IMG/VR virus record: IMGVR_UViG_3300024350_000006
From: a virus
DNA: 64,000 bases
Direction: 5' to 3' (one strand)
Part shown: positions 17,922 through 26,351 of the stretch, piece after piece
Numbering within the stretch: position 1 is the stretch's first letter
Layout: each line of letters opens with the position of its first letter
Program-made: the position numbers and the translations under genes
The notes under the pieces: model-generated
Databases searched by the model: none
Told to the model about the DNA's origin: nothing
Seen by the model: only the letters and a program-made list of their open reading frames with translations

Positions 17922-18615
17922 TAACACAGATAGGCCCTTGATATTTCTTGGGTCTAACAGTGTTATGGAAAAATATACCGAGCTCTGCGAAGAGCTTGGT
18001 ATTGTAGTAGCTGGTCTGTTAGATAATGATTACTGGGGTAATACCGCCGAGCTTGGTGGAGTCAAGGTCCTTGACACAGAAAAAAACATTGATCAGTACT
18101 TAAATAATTATAATTTTTTCTGTGCCACTAACTGGAACCCTATTGATGATCCCATAATGGTGAGAAACAGACAAAAAAGACAGTATCTAATAGATTTGGT
18201 AAGACAAAAAAACATACAATGTATAAGCCTAGTAGATCCCACTGCTAGAATTTCCAAATATAGTAGACTGGGCAATGGGTGTTTCATTGATTGTCACGTT
18301 ATGGTTGAAAGTGGCAGTATAGTGGGCGACTTTACTAATATCTATGGACAGGTACAAGTGGGCCATAATACCACCATTGGTGAAAACTGTGTGCTGCAAC
18401 GAGCAGTAGGACTAGCCTCAGCTCAGATCTTAGAAAATGATGTCTATCTAAGTTCCGGAGTTAAAGCCCTTAAGCCTGGTGTCAAGATCAGTCAGGGAAC
18501 TTTTGTACACGAACTCGTCTACTTAGCTCGAGGCACAGTGTCCAATGAAGTAGTACAGTTTGGCACCAACAATACCAAAAGAGTTGAACGACCTTACAAT
18601 AGTGTATTAGGATAA
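17893..18615 (+). CDS. hexapeptide-repeat acyltransferase (PglD/NeuD-like)
   Basis: SLVDPTARIS...LGNGCFI...VGHNTTIGENC left-handed beta-helix. Confidence 0.85.
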   Translation: MNKQDSNHINNTDRPLIFLGSNSVMEKYTELCEELGIVVAGLLDNDYWGNTAELGGVKVLDTEKNIDQYLNNYNFFCATNWNPIDDPIMVRNRQKRQYLIDLVRQKNIQCISLVDPTARISKYSRLGNGCFIDCHVMVESGSIVGDFTNIYGQVQVGHNTTIGENCVLQRAVGLASAQILENDVYLSSGVKALKPGVKISQGTFVHELVYLARGTVSNEVVQFGTNNTKRVERPYNSVLG

Positions 18616-18636
18616 TGTTATAAACAAGAGGAAATT

Positions 18637-18882
18637 ATGAAAGAACAAATTAAGCAAGAAGTCAAACAAATCTTGGCCAAGCAGTTTGGTAAAACACTAG
18701 ATGAAATTTCCGATGATCTGGATCTAGAAACTCTAGGCGCAGACAGTCTAGACACAGTGGAAATTGTAATGGAACTAGAACATCATTTTCAAATCGTTAT
18801 TGAAGAAGATGAATACGAAGGCAAGTCTTCACTGACCAGCATTGTAGACCTTGTCTGCAAAAAGAAAAATCTTGAGTCCTAA
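18637..18882 (+). CDS. acyl carrier protein
   Basis: LGADSLDTVEIVMELE phosphopantetheine site. Confidence 0.93.
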   Translation: MKEQIKQEVKQILAKQFGKTLDEISDDLDLETLGADSLDTVEIVMELEHHFQIVIEEDEYEGKSSLTSIVDLVCKKKNLES

Positions 18883-20392
18883 AAAGTATCAGGTCGTTCT
18901 GTTTACAGATTTTACTGACGAGGTTTTAACTGTTAAAGCTCTAGGTGCCTATAAAATAGCCAGCGCACTACGCGAACAGGGGTATAGTTGTCTAGTAGTT
19001 GATAAACTTAGTCAGTGGACTCTTGAAGAGATTACTTCACTTGTCAACCTTGCAGTGGGACAAGAAACACTGTTTGTGGGCTTTAGCACGACTTTTCTAA
19101 AAAATTTAGACAGGATAGACAACCTATTTTTTGGTTATGCGCCTAATCTCAGTATTTTCCCACAGGGTAAGGATTTTGAAAATAGCGTAATTAAAGAAAT
19201 ACACAAGCTTAGTCCTGATTGTAAAATTTTACTGGGTGGCCACAAAATTAATCAGGACTGCGCCAACAAGAATGTCAACATAGTGGTAAGAGGTCTAGCT
19301 GAACAGGCCATTATGGATGTTGCTAACAGCCTTAGTAACAAAACTGAGATTCCCAATAGTTATAGGAATATTCACGGTGTAACGGTGGTACATCGCGATC
19401 AGGAAAAAACCTATGATTTTGCCAACAGTGCAATGCACTGGCAGGCTAGTGATATTTTAAACTATCGTGTACTGCCTTTTGAGCCAGCTCGTGGTTGTAT
19501 TTTTAATTGCAGATTTTGTAGTTTCCCACAACGTGGCAAAAAAACTCTAGACTACGTACTAACAGAAGAAATAATCTATAATGAGTTACAGAGCAATTAT
19601 GACAGATTTGGTATTACTACCTATCAGTTACTAGATGATACGTTTAATGACAGCGATCACAAACTTGATAGAATGTTATCAGTGGTTAAGCAGTTAAGCT
19701 TTCAGCCAGTATTCTGGTCCTACAACAGACTGGATCTGCTAGCTACCAAGCCCGAGCGCATTAAAAAATTATTTGATATTGGCCTAAGGGCCACTAGCTT
19801 TGGTATAGAAACTCTGAAAAAAGAGACTGGACTGGTAGTAGGTAAAGGCTTTGATGCTGCTAGACAGATACAGACTGTCAAGGATATTAAAAAAACCTAC
19901 GGCAATAATCTCTTGATGCACGGACTGTTTATAATAGGTCTACCACACGAAACTCTAGAAGAAGTGCAGCATACATTTGACTTAATAGATAGTGGTGAGT
20001 TTCCCTTACACTCGGCTTATTTCGAAGCATTGATGATAGCCAAGCCTAACCAGTATTTTTTACAGAGCGATTTTGACAAAAAATGGCCTGAGTATGGATA
20101 CAGAGATCTAGGTAGTGAGGGTCAGGGCATACTCAACTGGGCTAACGATCATATGAACTTTGACCAGGCTAGAGAAAAGAAAACAGAACTAGTGACTAGG
20201 TTGCAGCAAAGCAGTCGTTACCATATCCCTGGGCAAACCGCCTGGGCTCTAATGAACTATAATAATTTTACGCTGGACAGAGTGCAAAATTTAAAAAACA
20301 TAGAAATAGACTGGCAGGAAGTCAAGGACAGCAAACAGGCTTTTGTAACAGAATACAAGCAGAAAATGCTTGCTTTTTTAGCAACTAATTAG
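18851..20392 (+). CDS. B12-binding-type radical SAM protein
   Basis: ARGCIFNCRFC, DDTFND, FIIGLPHET. Confidence 0.9.
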   Translation: MSAKRKILSPKKYQVVLFTDFTDEVLTVKALGAYKIASALREQGYSCLVVDKLSQWTLEEITSLVNLAVGQETLFVGFSTTFLKNLDRIDNLFFGYAPNLSIFPQGKDFENSVIKEIHKLSPDCKILLGGHKINQDCANKNVNIVVRGLAEQAIMDVANSLSNKTEIPNSYRNIHGVTVVHRDQEKTYDFANSAMHWQASDILNYRVLPFEPARGCIFNCRFCSFPQRGKKTLDYVLTEEIIYNELQSNYDRFGITTYQLLDDTFNDSDHKLDRMLSVVKQLSFQPVFWSYNRLDLLATKPERIKKLFDIGLRATSFGIETLKKETGLVVGKGFDAARQIQTVKDIKKTYGNNLLMHGLFIIGLPHETLEEVQHTFDLIDSGEFPLHSAYFEALMIAKPNQYFLQSDFDKKWPEYGYRDLGSEGQGILNWANDHMNFDQAREKKTELVTRLQQSSRYHIPGQTAWALMNYNNFTLDRVQNLKNIEIDWQEVKDSKQAFVTEYKQKMLAFLATN

Positions 20393-20448
20393 CAAAATTA
20401 CAACAGTTGACATTAATGCACCAAATCGTTAAAATAGCGGTATAGTAA
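20369..20448 (+). promoter_or_regulatory. early sigma70 promoter with upstream palindromic boxes
   Basis: TTGACA(20407)-17-TAAAAT followed by AGCGGTATAGTAA, nearly identical to the promoter at 29157. Confidence 0.75.
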
Positions 20449-20465
20449 ACGATAAGGAGCAAGCA

Positions 20466-20708
20466 ATGTTAACAACTAAACAAGCACGTGAAATTGTTAA
20501 TAAACAAATTAAATATTTTCAGAGCTGGACGGATAAAAGTCGCGCTAGTGATGGTGAAGCGATGCGTAATGTTTGTTTTCACGTGGGCTACCTTACTAAA
20601 GAAAGTGATATTGCTAAAATTAAAAATAGTCTAGAGCTTGCTGGGCATACTGGCAAGACTAGGTTGATGGGTGGTTATCTGCGTTTAACCAACTTGGAAA
20701 TAAATTAA
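20466..20708 (+). CDS. hypothetical early protein
   Basis: AAGGAG RBS downstream of the promoter. Confidence 0.7.
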   Translation: MLTTKQAREIVNKQIKYFQSWTDKSRASDGEAMRNVCFHVGYLTKESDIAKIKNSLELAGHTGKTRLMGGYLRLTNLEIN

Positions 20709-20816
20709 TTAAAAAAGTAGTTGACAGTAATTGCACTAGATGATATAATATAAGACTGCACTAAACGATGCAGCCCAAGTAGTAGAAAAAAGTTCTATAA
20801 CAATTAGTAAAACAAT

Positions 20817-20900
20817 GCCCTGGTGGTGGAATGGTAGACACGCTAGTCTTAGGAACTAGTATCGCAAGGTGTGGGAGTTCGAGTCTCCCCTGGGGCACCA
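20817..20900 (+). tRNA. tRNA-Leu(TAG)
   Basis: Long variable arm, loop CTTAGGA. Confidence 0.95.
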
Positions 20901-21125
20901 TATTAAAATATATTAGGTTACCTAGCCAGTAGGGGGCCTAGAAGAGGATAACCACTTGACGGAGTGGCTCTTGCTAGGTCTCACGAAACCTTGAGATAAT
21001 ATCAGGAGGACGCTGGAACAACTAGGAACGTAATGTGTGACACAGACAAATCCGTGGACGGCACGGTTGGGCAGAGTTCAAAGGCTGCGATCTCTGTGAA
21101 GCATCCTAATATATTTTAATATGGT
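20897..21125 (+). ncRNA. stem-closed RNA cassette 3
   Basis: Perfect 21 bp inverted repeat ACCATATTAAAATATATTAGG / CCTAATATATTTTAATATGGT around a multi-hairpin insert. Confidence 0.65.
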
Positions 21126-21291
21126 ACAAGACTGTTCATATAACACTGCAATGGGATATGACAGGCTGCGTAAGTGTATTGGCTGGCACAGAAGCCCCAG
21201 TAGCGGAGAGTTGAAGCACTTGCAGGTGTGGATGAGTTCCGTGACCGGGCGTCTAGGTTGGGTTCGAATCCCATCGCATTTGTTTGCACCA
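21123..21291 (+). ncRNA. long tRNA-like RNA
   Basis: TGGG-TTCGAAT-CCCA T-arm and ACCA 3' end, but no standard cloverleaf. Confidence 0.5.
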
Positions 21292-21426
21292 TATTGAAGC
21301 ACATTTCTGTCATTGCCGTGCCAGCTTCACGGTGAGTACAAGAGTACGGAAGTAGCTACCCGACAGGTTGTACAAAGTTACAAGTGGGTTAATGACAGCC
21401 CCTTGGGAGTGTGTTTCAATATGGTG
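21287..21426 (+). ncRNA. stem-closed RNA cassette 4
   Basis: CACCATATTGAAGCACATT / AGTGTGTTTCAATATGGTG. Confidence 0.65.
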
Positions 21427-21427
21427 G

Positions 21428-21456
21428 TTGACATTAAAAGAATTTAGCTGTAATAT
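21428..21456 (+). promoter_or_regulatory. sigma70-type promoter for the large ncRNA
   Basis: TTGACA-17-TAATAT. Confidence 0.55.
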
Positions 21457-21461
21457 AGATA

Positions 21462-22348
21462 CTTAGGGAGTTTAATCTCTTGTTAGGCGGTTCGCCGTCT
21501 AACTAAGGATAAGTGGCGTGAGTCACCCAAAGCAGAATCCTCCTACAGGACTGCGCCAGAGATGGTCCAGTTAAACAAGCCTGCTCACTACCGCGAGGTA
21601 GCGATCACTGATAAGACCGGTGGTTGTAACAATGAAGCTGGTGTAGTGGAAAGAACTTGTATCGACTAGCCCGCAAGGGAACTAGGGTGCAAGGAAAGTA
21701 ACAGGTGGTGCTGACTTCACTACAAAACCAACCAGTTAGTTGGTATGAGAAAGGGTAGTGCATTTGTCCAAGGTTTCGCAGCCAAGGGCTTGTGTGCAGT
21801 ATGAATGGTACTTGGGGCTGCTGTGAGGCGTCACAAGAATCGTGAAATACTACTGAGTAGCCGGCAGGCGAAAGGTACGTGGTGTGTTGTATCGTGTATT
21901 CCAAAAGAGTATGCGGCAACTGGAGCAGCACATCATAGTAGGTTGATATAGCTCATTGGTAGAGCAACAGTCCTTTTAAACTGTAGGCAGTTGGTTCAAA
22001 TCCAACTATCATTAAACAAAAACGCAAAGACTGCTCCGGTTGTATGTGAAAAGCATCTAACACTTAGGGCGTAAGCTAACTAAGTTCAGTCTAACCCGCA
22101 AGGTGAAACTGATTTGTACTAGAAGATTCGTAGCTCGCAAGGCTTAATGGACCGCAAGTTCAACGGGTAATAAGGTACAGAGTAGCATACAATGACAAGA
22201 CTACTGCCTGTCTTTAAACGGCGATGCTGCAAGCAGACTGGATCACATAGCGATATGGATCTTGTGGATGTCGTGGAGAAGATTGGCTCGCAAGGCTGAC
22301 TATAATACCCGAGGTGCTTGTAGTTAAGATGTAATCTCAGTCTTAACA
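21462..22348 (+). ncRNA. large ornate ncRNA, GOLLD-like
   Basis: ~880 nt without a credible ORF, elevated GC, many GNRA-capped hairpins (CCGCAAGG, CGCGAG, GCGAAAG), inside a phage tRNA cluster, embedded tRNA-like domain. Confidence 0.7.
21942..22014 (+). pseudogene. embedded tRNA-Lys-like element with 8-nt anticodon loop, no CCA
   Basis: D-arm GCTC/GAGC, ACAGT-CCTTTTAA-ACTGT, T-arm GTTGG-TTCAAAT-CCAAC. Confidence 0.75.
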
Positions 22349-22438
22349 CTTTCTAAAACACATTGTAGTGGATTTCACAAGTATGAGTCGCATTCTAAAG
22401 AGTGCCCTTGAGATTGGATATAGTGTGTTTCAGAAAGT
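22348..22438 (+). ncRNA. stem-closed RNA cassette 5
   Basis: ACTTTCTAAAACACATTGTA / TATAGTGTGTTTCAGAAAGT. Confidence 0.6.
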
Positions 22439-22439
22439 C

Positions 22440-22630
22440 AAGAATCCGGTTACTACTTTCCTAAAAGTAGCGTATGGCACACGACAAGGCCCGGTGGCTA
22501 GGGCACCGTTAGCGTTACTAGAGACAGACGACCTAGCAGCGTGGACACTTCGTCGGCCGTCTGCCAAACAGTGTTCGGACAGGGTAACAACTCCAGGATA
22601 GGGGCGACCGTGGAAAAGCGTGGCCTAACC
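22440..22630 (+). ncRNA. unknown structured RNA (family A, copy 2)
   Basis: TACTAC...AAGTA and GGACAGGGTAACAACTCCAG motifs shared with 13278-13480. Confidence 0.55.
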
Positions 22631-22632
22631 AA

Positions 22633-22791
22633 TATATTAGCAAGTGTTATCGATGAAACATTGGGTATCGTAAACTGATCATTTACTATGCGGGCCTAAC
22701 TGGCGTGGAACAGGTCCTGACATAACCAGCCATACGCTCTGGAACGGAAGCACCGGACTCCTAAATTGGCACGATAGCACTTACTAATATA
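22633..22791 (+). ncRNA. stem-closed RNA cassette 6 (divergent stem)
   Basis: TATATTAGCAAGTGTTATCG / CGATAGCACTTACTAATATA. Confidence 0.55.
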
Positions 22792-22803
22792 ATACTAATA
22801 TAA

Positions 22804-22878
22804 GGTTCCATAGTATATCGGTTAGTACACCGCCCTGTCACGGCAGAAGGAGGGGTTCGACTCCCCTTGGGACCGCCA
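22804..22878 (+). tRNA. tRNA-Asp(GTC)
   Basis: Cloverleaf, loop CTGTCAC. Confidence 0.94.
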
Positions 22879-22953
22879 AGTTTCTCTACACTACATCTAA
22901 GCCTTGATAGGTAGGGGAAGGCAGGTGGCTTAGGCTTGCCGAGAGTTTTTATT

Positions 22954-23030
22954 GCACCGTTAGACATCTGGTTGAGGTCACCACCCTTTCAAGGTGGCTA
23001 GAGCGGGTTCGAATCCCCTACGGTGTACCA
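22954..23030 (+). tRNA. tRNA-Glu(TTC)
   Basis: Cloverleaf, loop CTTTCAA. Confidence 0.92.
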
Positions 23031-23141
23031 AGATGCACAGTGTCGCTTTACGCTGTGGCAGGACGGCCTCTGTATCCTAGGACTCAAGCCTCTCAGACTG
23101 CAACTAGAGTTCTCGCAAAAGAACATAGCAAGATTTAGATT

Positions 23142-23228
23142 GGGTGCTTAGTCCCGTAATGGTATCGGGGGCAGACTGTAAATCTGTTGTCTTTGGCCTT
23201 CTCTGTTCGAATCGGAGAGCACCCACCA
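23142..23228 (+). tRNA. tRNA-Tyr(GTA)
   Basis: Loop CTGTAAA, variable arm. Confidence 0.93.
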
Positions 23229-23244
23229 AGTTAAGAAAGTAGAT

Positions 23245-23448
23245 ATGTATAAAGTATATTGGACCTACGGTGATGAAACCTACGGTCAAGAATTTGAAGA
23301 TATGACAGAAGCACTTAATTATTGTCAGCATCTTAGAAGTACTGGTAGAAAGTATGTTACTATGTGCAGCGAGCTTGCTGATATGGTTGGCGAGTTTGGT
23401 GTAACGGAAACTGGACCTGGTTATGATTGGAAAAAACGTAGAGATTAA
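23245..23448 (+). CDS. hypothetical protein
   Basis: 67 aa ORF filling the space between two tRNAs. Confidence 0.7.
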   Translation: MYKVYWTYGDETYGQEFEDMTEALNYCQHLRSTGRKYVTMCSELADMVGEFGVTETGPGYDWKKRRD

Positions 23449-23449
23449 T

Positions 23450-23527
23450 CCGTCCTTAGCTCAGTAGGATTAGAGCATCAGGCTACGAACTTGAAGGTCG
23501 GGGGTTCGACTCCCTCAGGACGGTCCA
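23450..23527 (+). tRNA. tRNA-Arg(ACG)
   Basis: Cloverleaf, loop CTACGAA. Confidence 0.94.
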
Positions 23528-23538
23528 AAAATAATTAA

Positions 23539-23784
23539 ATGGATTTAATAAAAAACATTTCAGAGAAAGCCAAGGAGTCAGTGCCCAAGGGAGTACTGGC
23601 TCCTGACCTTTGGATAGAACATTATAATAAAATATTTGCTAGGTTAGTTGTACAGGAATGTCTAGACATTTTAAATGAACACATTCGGGAAGACAGTAAA
23701 GAAGAGAGGGATATATACTTAAAAAGTTTTAGACAGGATCTAAAACAACATTTTGGTCTAGGGAGAAATCAAGACAATGAATAG
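23539..23784 (+). CDS. hypothetical protein
   Basis: FARLVVQEC...HFGL, paralogous to the next ORF. Confidence 0.65.
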   Translation: MDLIKNISEKAKESVPKGVLAPDLWIEHYNKIFARLVVQECLDILNEHIREDSKEERDIYLKSFRQDLKQHFGLGRNQDNE

Positions 23785-24073
23785 CAATCTATTGGACGAC
23801 CTTATGTATCAAGCAGGTATGACTGCTCAGGGTTGCTGGGACAATCTTGACGATTATGATAAAGAGGCCATACTGAGATTGGCTAAATTAATAGTGCAAG
23901 AGTGTGTAAAATCTTGCGGTAGCCAGGCAGACAAGGCTAACATCTTAAAAACTTTTGGCCTGCCTGTGGAATCCAATGTTAAATATATTAGTCCTGAAGC
24001 ATCAGGTAGTGTGGACTCTCAATATAGAAGAAGATATAACCTAGCACCCACTCAGGGAGTAAATAATGACTAA
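23777..24073 (+). CDS. hypothetical protein
   Basis: LAKLIVQEC...TFGL. Confidence 0.65.
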   Translation: MNSNLLDDLMYQAGMTAQGCWDNLDDYDKEAILRLAKLIVQECVKSCGSQADKANILKTFGLPVESNVKYISPEASGSVDSQYRRRYNLAPTQGVNND

Positions 24074-24214
24074 GAAAAAAGTCAAAACTGATACTGAACT
24101 AGATAAAAAATGTAATGCAGCAATAAAAAGAGTTAATAAACATATAGATACACTTGTTGCACGACATTTAAAAGAGATGGGACTTGTCGTAACTGATACT
24201 AAAAAAATAATTTA

Positions 24215-25267
24215 ATGAAACCCAGTCATTTTTATTTCGACGATAAAATATTAGAACGCGAACAATTACTTTTTAAACAGGCAAGATATCTAGGACACGA
24301 ACTATCTGTCAATAACTATCGCACACTTCCACAGGACAATAGTGGTAGAGTGTTAGTTAAAAACAACAACGGTATAGAGTGTATAGAAAATGTCTGCCGC
24401 CACCGCCAAGCAGTAATGCTAACAGGCAGTGGAGAAACATCAAACATTATTTGTCCATTACACGGCTGGACCTACAATCTAGAAGGCGAACTTGTTGGCG
24501 CCCCACATTTTGATCCTTGCCCTAATAGACCACTAAGAAAATTTAGCACACAGAGCTGGAACGGTCTATTTTTTGAATCAGGTAAGTTTAACATTGTTCG
24601 AGATCTTATTGGTATGAGAGCTGGTAAGTATTTTGATTTTAACAATTACCAGTACCATAGCACTCAGGAACATCATTGTGATTACAACTGGAAGACCTTT
24701 ATAGAAGTCTACCTAGACGATTATCACGTGGTACCTTTCCATCCTGGCCTTGGTAATTTTGTAGATTGTAATAAACTAGACTGGCAGTTTGGTGACTGGT
24801 ATAGTGTGCAGACTGTGGGAGTTCATAATGAATTGCGCACTCCCGGTACACCAGTTTATCGTCGCTGGCACGATGTATTAATGAATTATCGTAAGGGACA
24901 AATACCTGAATTTGGGGCAATATGGCTGACCATCTATCCTAATGTAATGGTGGAATGGTATCCTGAAGTTTTAGTAATTTCTAGTCTGTGGCCGGAAACA
25001 CCACAGCGCACAAAAAATATTGTTGAATTTTATTATCCCGAGGATATAGCTTTATTTGAACCTGAGTTTGTTCAAGCTCATCAGGCTGCCTATATGGAAA
25101 CCTGTTATGAAGATGATGAAATAGCAAGGCGTATGGATCAGGGTAGATGTCATCTTAATAACAATAATTATAGTGATTACGGACCTGTACACAATCCTAT
25201 GGAACTAGGTCTAGAATATTTTTACAAGTATTACAACAATTATGTTTTTGGTTTATTTGGCGAATAA
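24215..25267 (+). CDS. Rieske non-heme iron oxygenase alpha subunit
   Basis: CRHR...CPLHGWTY Rieske motif; NWK...DDYHVVPFH iron site. Confidence 0.93.
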   Translation: MKPSHFYFDDKILEREQLLFKQARYLGHELSVNNYRTLPQDNSGRVLVKNNNGIECIENVCRHRQAVMLTGSGETSNIICPLHGWTYNLEGELVGAPHFDPCPNRPLRKFSTQSWNGLFFESGKFNIVRDLIGMRAGKYFDFNNYQYHSTQEHHCDYNWKTFIEVYLDDYHVVPFHPGLGNFVDCNKLDWQFGDWYSVQTVGVHNELRTPGTPVYRRWHDVLMNYRKGQIPEFGAIWLTIYPNVMVEWYPEVLVISSLWPETPQRTKNIVEFYYPEDIALFEPEFVQAHQAAYMETCYEDDEIARRMDQGRCHLNNNNYSDYGPVHNPMELGLEYFYKYYNNYVFGLFGE

Positions 25268-25307
25268 CAATTCGACTTAATAAACTTTTAGTAGTAAAAT
25301 GTTATAT

Positions 25308-25383
25308 GGGAAGTTAGCTCAGTTGGTAGAGCGTCTGCTTTACACGCAGAATGTCGGCGGTTCGATCCCGTCACTTCCTACCA
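25308..25383 (+). tRNA. tRNA-Val(TAC)
   Basis: Canonical cloverleaf. Confidence 0.96.
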
Positions 25384-25390
25384 ATTTTAT

Positions 25391-25466
25391 TCCAGCGTAG
25401 CTCAGTGGTAGTAGCAGTTGACTGTTAATCAATTGGTCGTTGGTTCGATCCCAACCGCTGGAGCCA
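25391..25466 (+). tRNA. tRNA-Asn(GTT)
   Basis: Canonical cloverleaf. Confidence 0.95.
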
Positions 25467-25485
25467 ATTTTATAAGGGGAAAGTA

Positions 25486-25695
25486 ATGCTAATAACGGAA
25501 GCTCAGGGTTATAAACTCTATTGTGAAGTCACGCCAGTGGATTTTCCCCCGGCACTTTTTAGAGTGCATATTTTTACTAAGTTCGACTGGGCCAAGGACC
25601 CCGAGGCCATACAGACCAAGATGGAACTGTTTTTTGATGAGGCTGAACTGGAAGCTTTTAGAACCGCTTTGAGCGTACCACGCCTAGATCAGTAA
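25486..25695 (+). CDS. hypothetical protein
   Basis: ORF with AAGGGG RBS. Confidence 0.65.
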   Translation: MLITEAQGYKLYCEVTPVDFPPALFRVHIFTKFDWAKDPEAIQTKMELFFDEAELEAFRTALSVPRLDQ

Positions 25696-25714
25696 TTCCC
25701 TGTTAAATACAGGT

Positions 25715-25963
25715 ATGAAAGACCTGTTAAAGAATTTACCTCAAATATTAAGTGCTCTTCCCGAAATAGTTAAGTATTTAAAATATATACCTATTTTAAT
25801 GTTACTAGCGGGCATAGGCTATGGGGTATTGTATTATATGGACAATCACAAAGATCCCTACAAATGTGTCAATAACCACGTTTTTGAACAGTTAAGAATA
25901 GACAGTGATGTCTATGTGTTCAAGGGCGGTACTTGCATTGATGCCAAGGACCTAGAACAATGA
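25715..25963 (+). CDS. small membrane protein
   Basis: TM helix; TAAATA upstream. Confidence 0.65.
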   Translation: MKDLLKNLPQILSALPEIVKYLKYIPILMLLAGIGYGVLYYMDNHKDPYKCVNNHVFEQLRIDSDVYVFKGGTCIDAKDLEQ

Positions 25964-26244
25964 TAGTTTACCGTGTGCCTAGTTCTTTACTAACTGACTA
26001 TGCTCAAGTTGGCCAACATCAACAAGTGTTAGCCAAGTATAAAAGACAAGATGCTGAATTACAAAATTACAACGAACTTGTCAAGCTTATTTCTATGCAG
26101 GAAGGTCTTAGGTTATTAAGAAATTACAATTATATGAAGGACACTGAATTTTTAACTCAGTATGCCTATGCCGAAAGCATCAAGGAACAACGACTAGTAC
26201 AAAGAGCTGCTAGTGTTGGTCTCTATATAGACAGATACATATAA
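25960..26244 (+). CDS. hypothetical protein
   Basis: Coupled ORF (ATGA overlap). Confidence 0.6.
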   Translation: MIVYRVPSSLLTDYAQVGQHQQVLAKYKRQDAELQNYNELVKLISMQEGLRLLRNYNYMKDTEFLTQYAYAESIKEQRLVQRAASVGLYIDRYI

Positions 26245-26351
26245 TATTATCGCGTGTGAGGAAGTCGCCTTTACTGACGGCGTACAGTAGGATAAATTGT
26301 CAGTAGTCTACAGACCCCGTCTTAGCAGTCTCGGACGATAAACGAGACTGC

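Noticed and set aside
21078-22601. Short ORFs in the 21-22.6 kb region
   Set aside because: They lie within the structured ncRNA block and have atypical composition and no RBS.
20897-22791. tmRNA, RNase P RNA, SRP RNA or rRNA
   Set aside because: I could not find their hallmark motifs (tmRNA acceptor ends with a tag ORF, the GAGGAAAGUCC P4 strand, the SRP domain IV loop); a covariance search is needed to exclude divergent forms.
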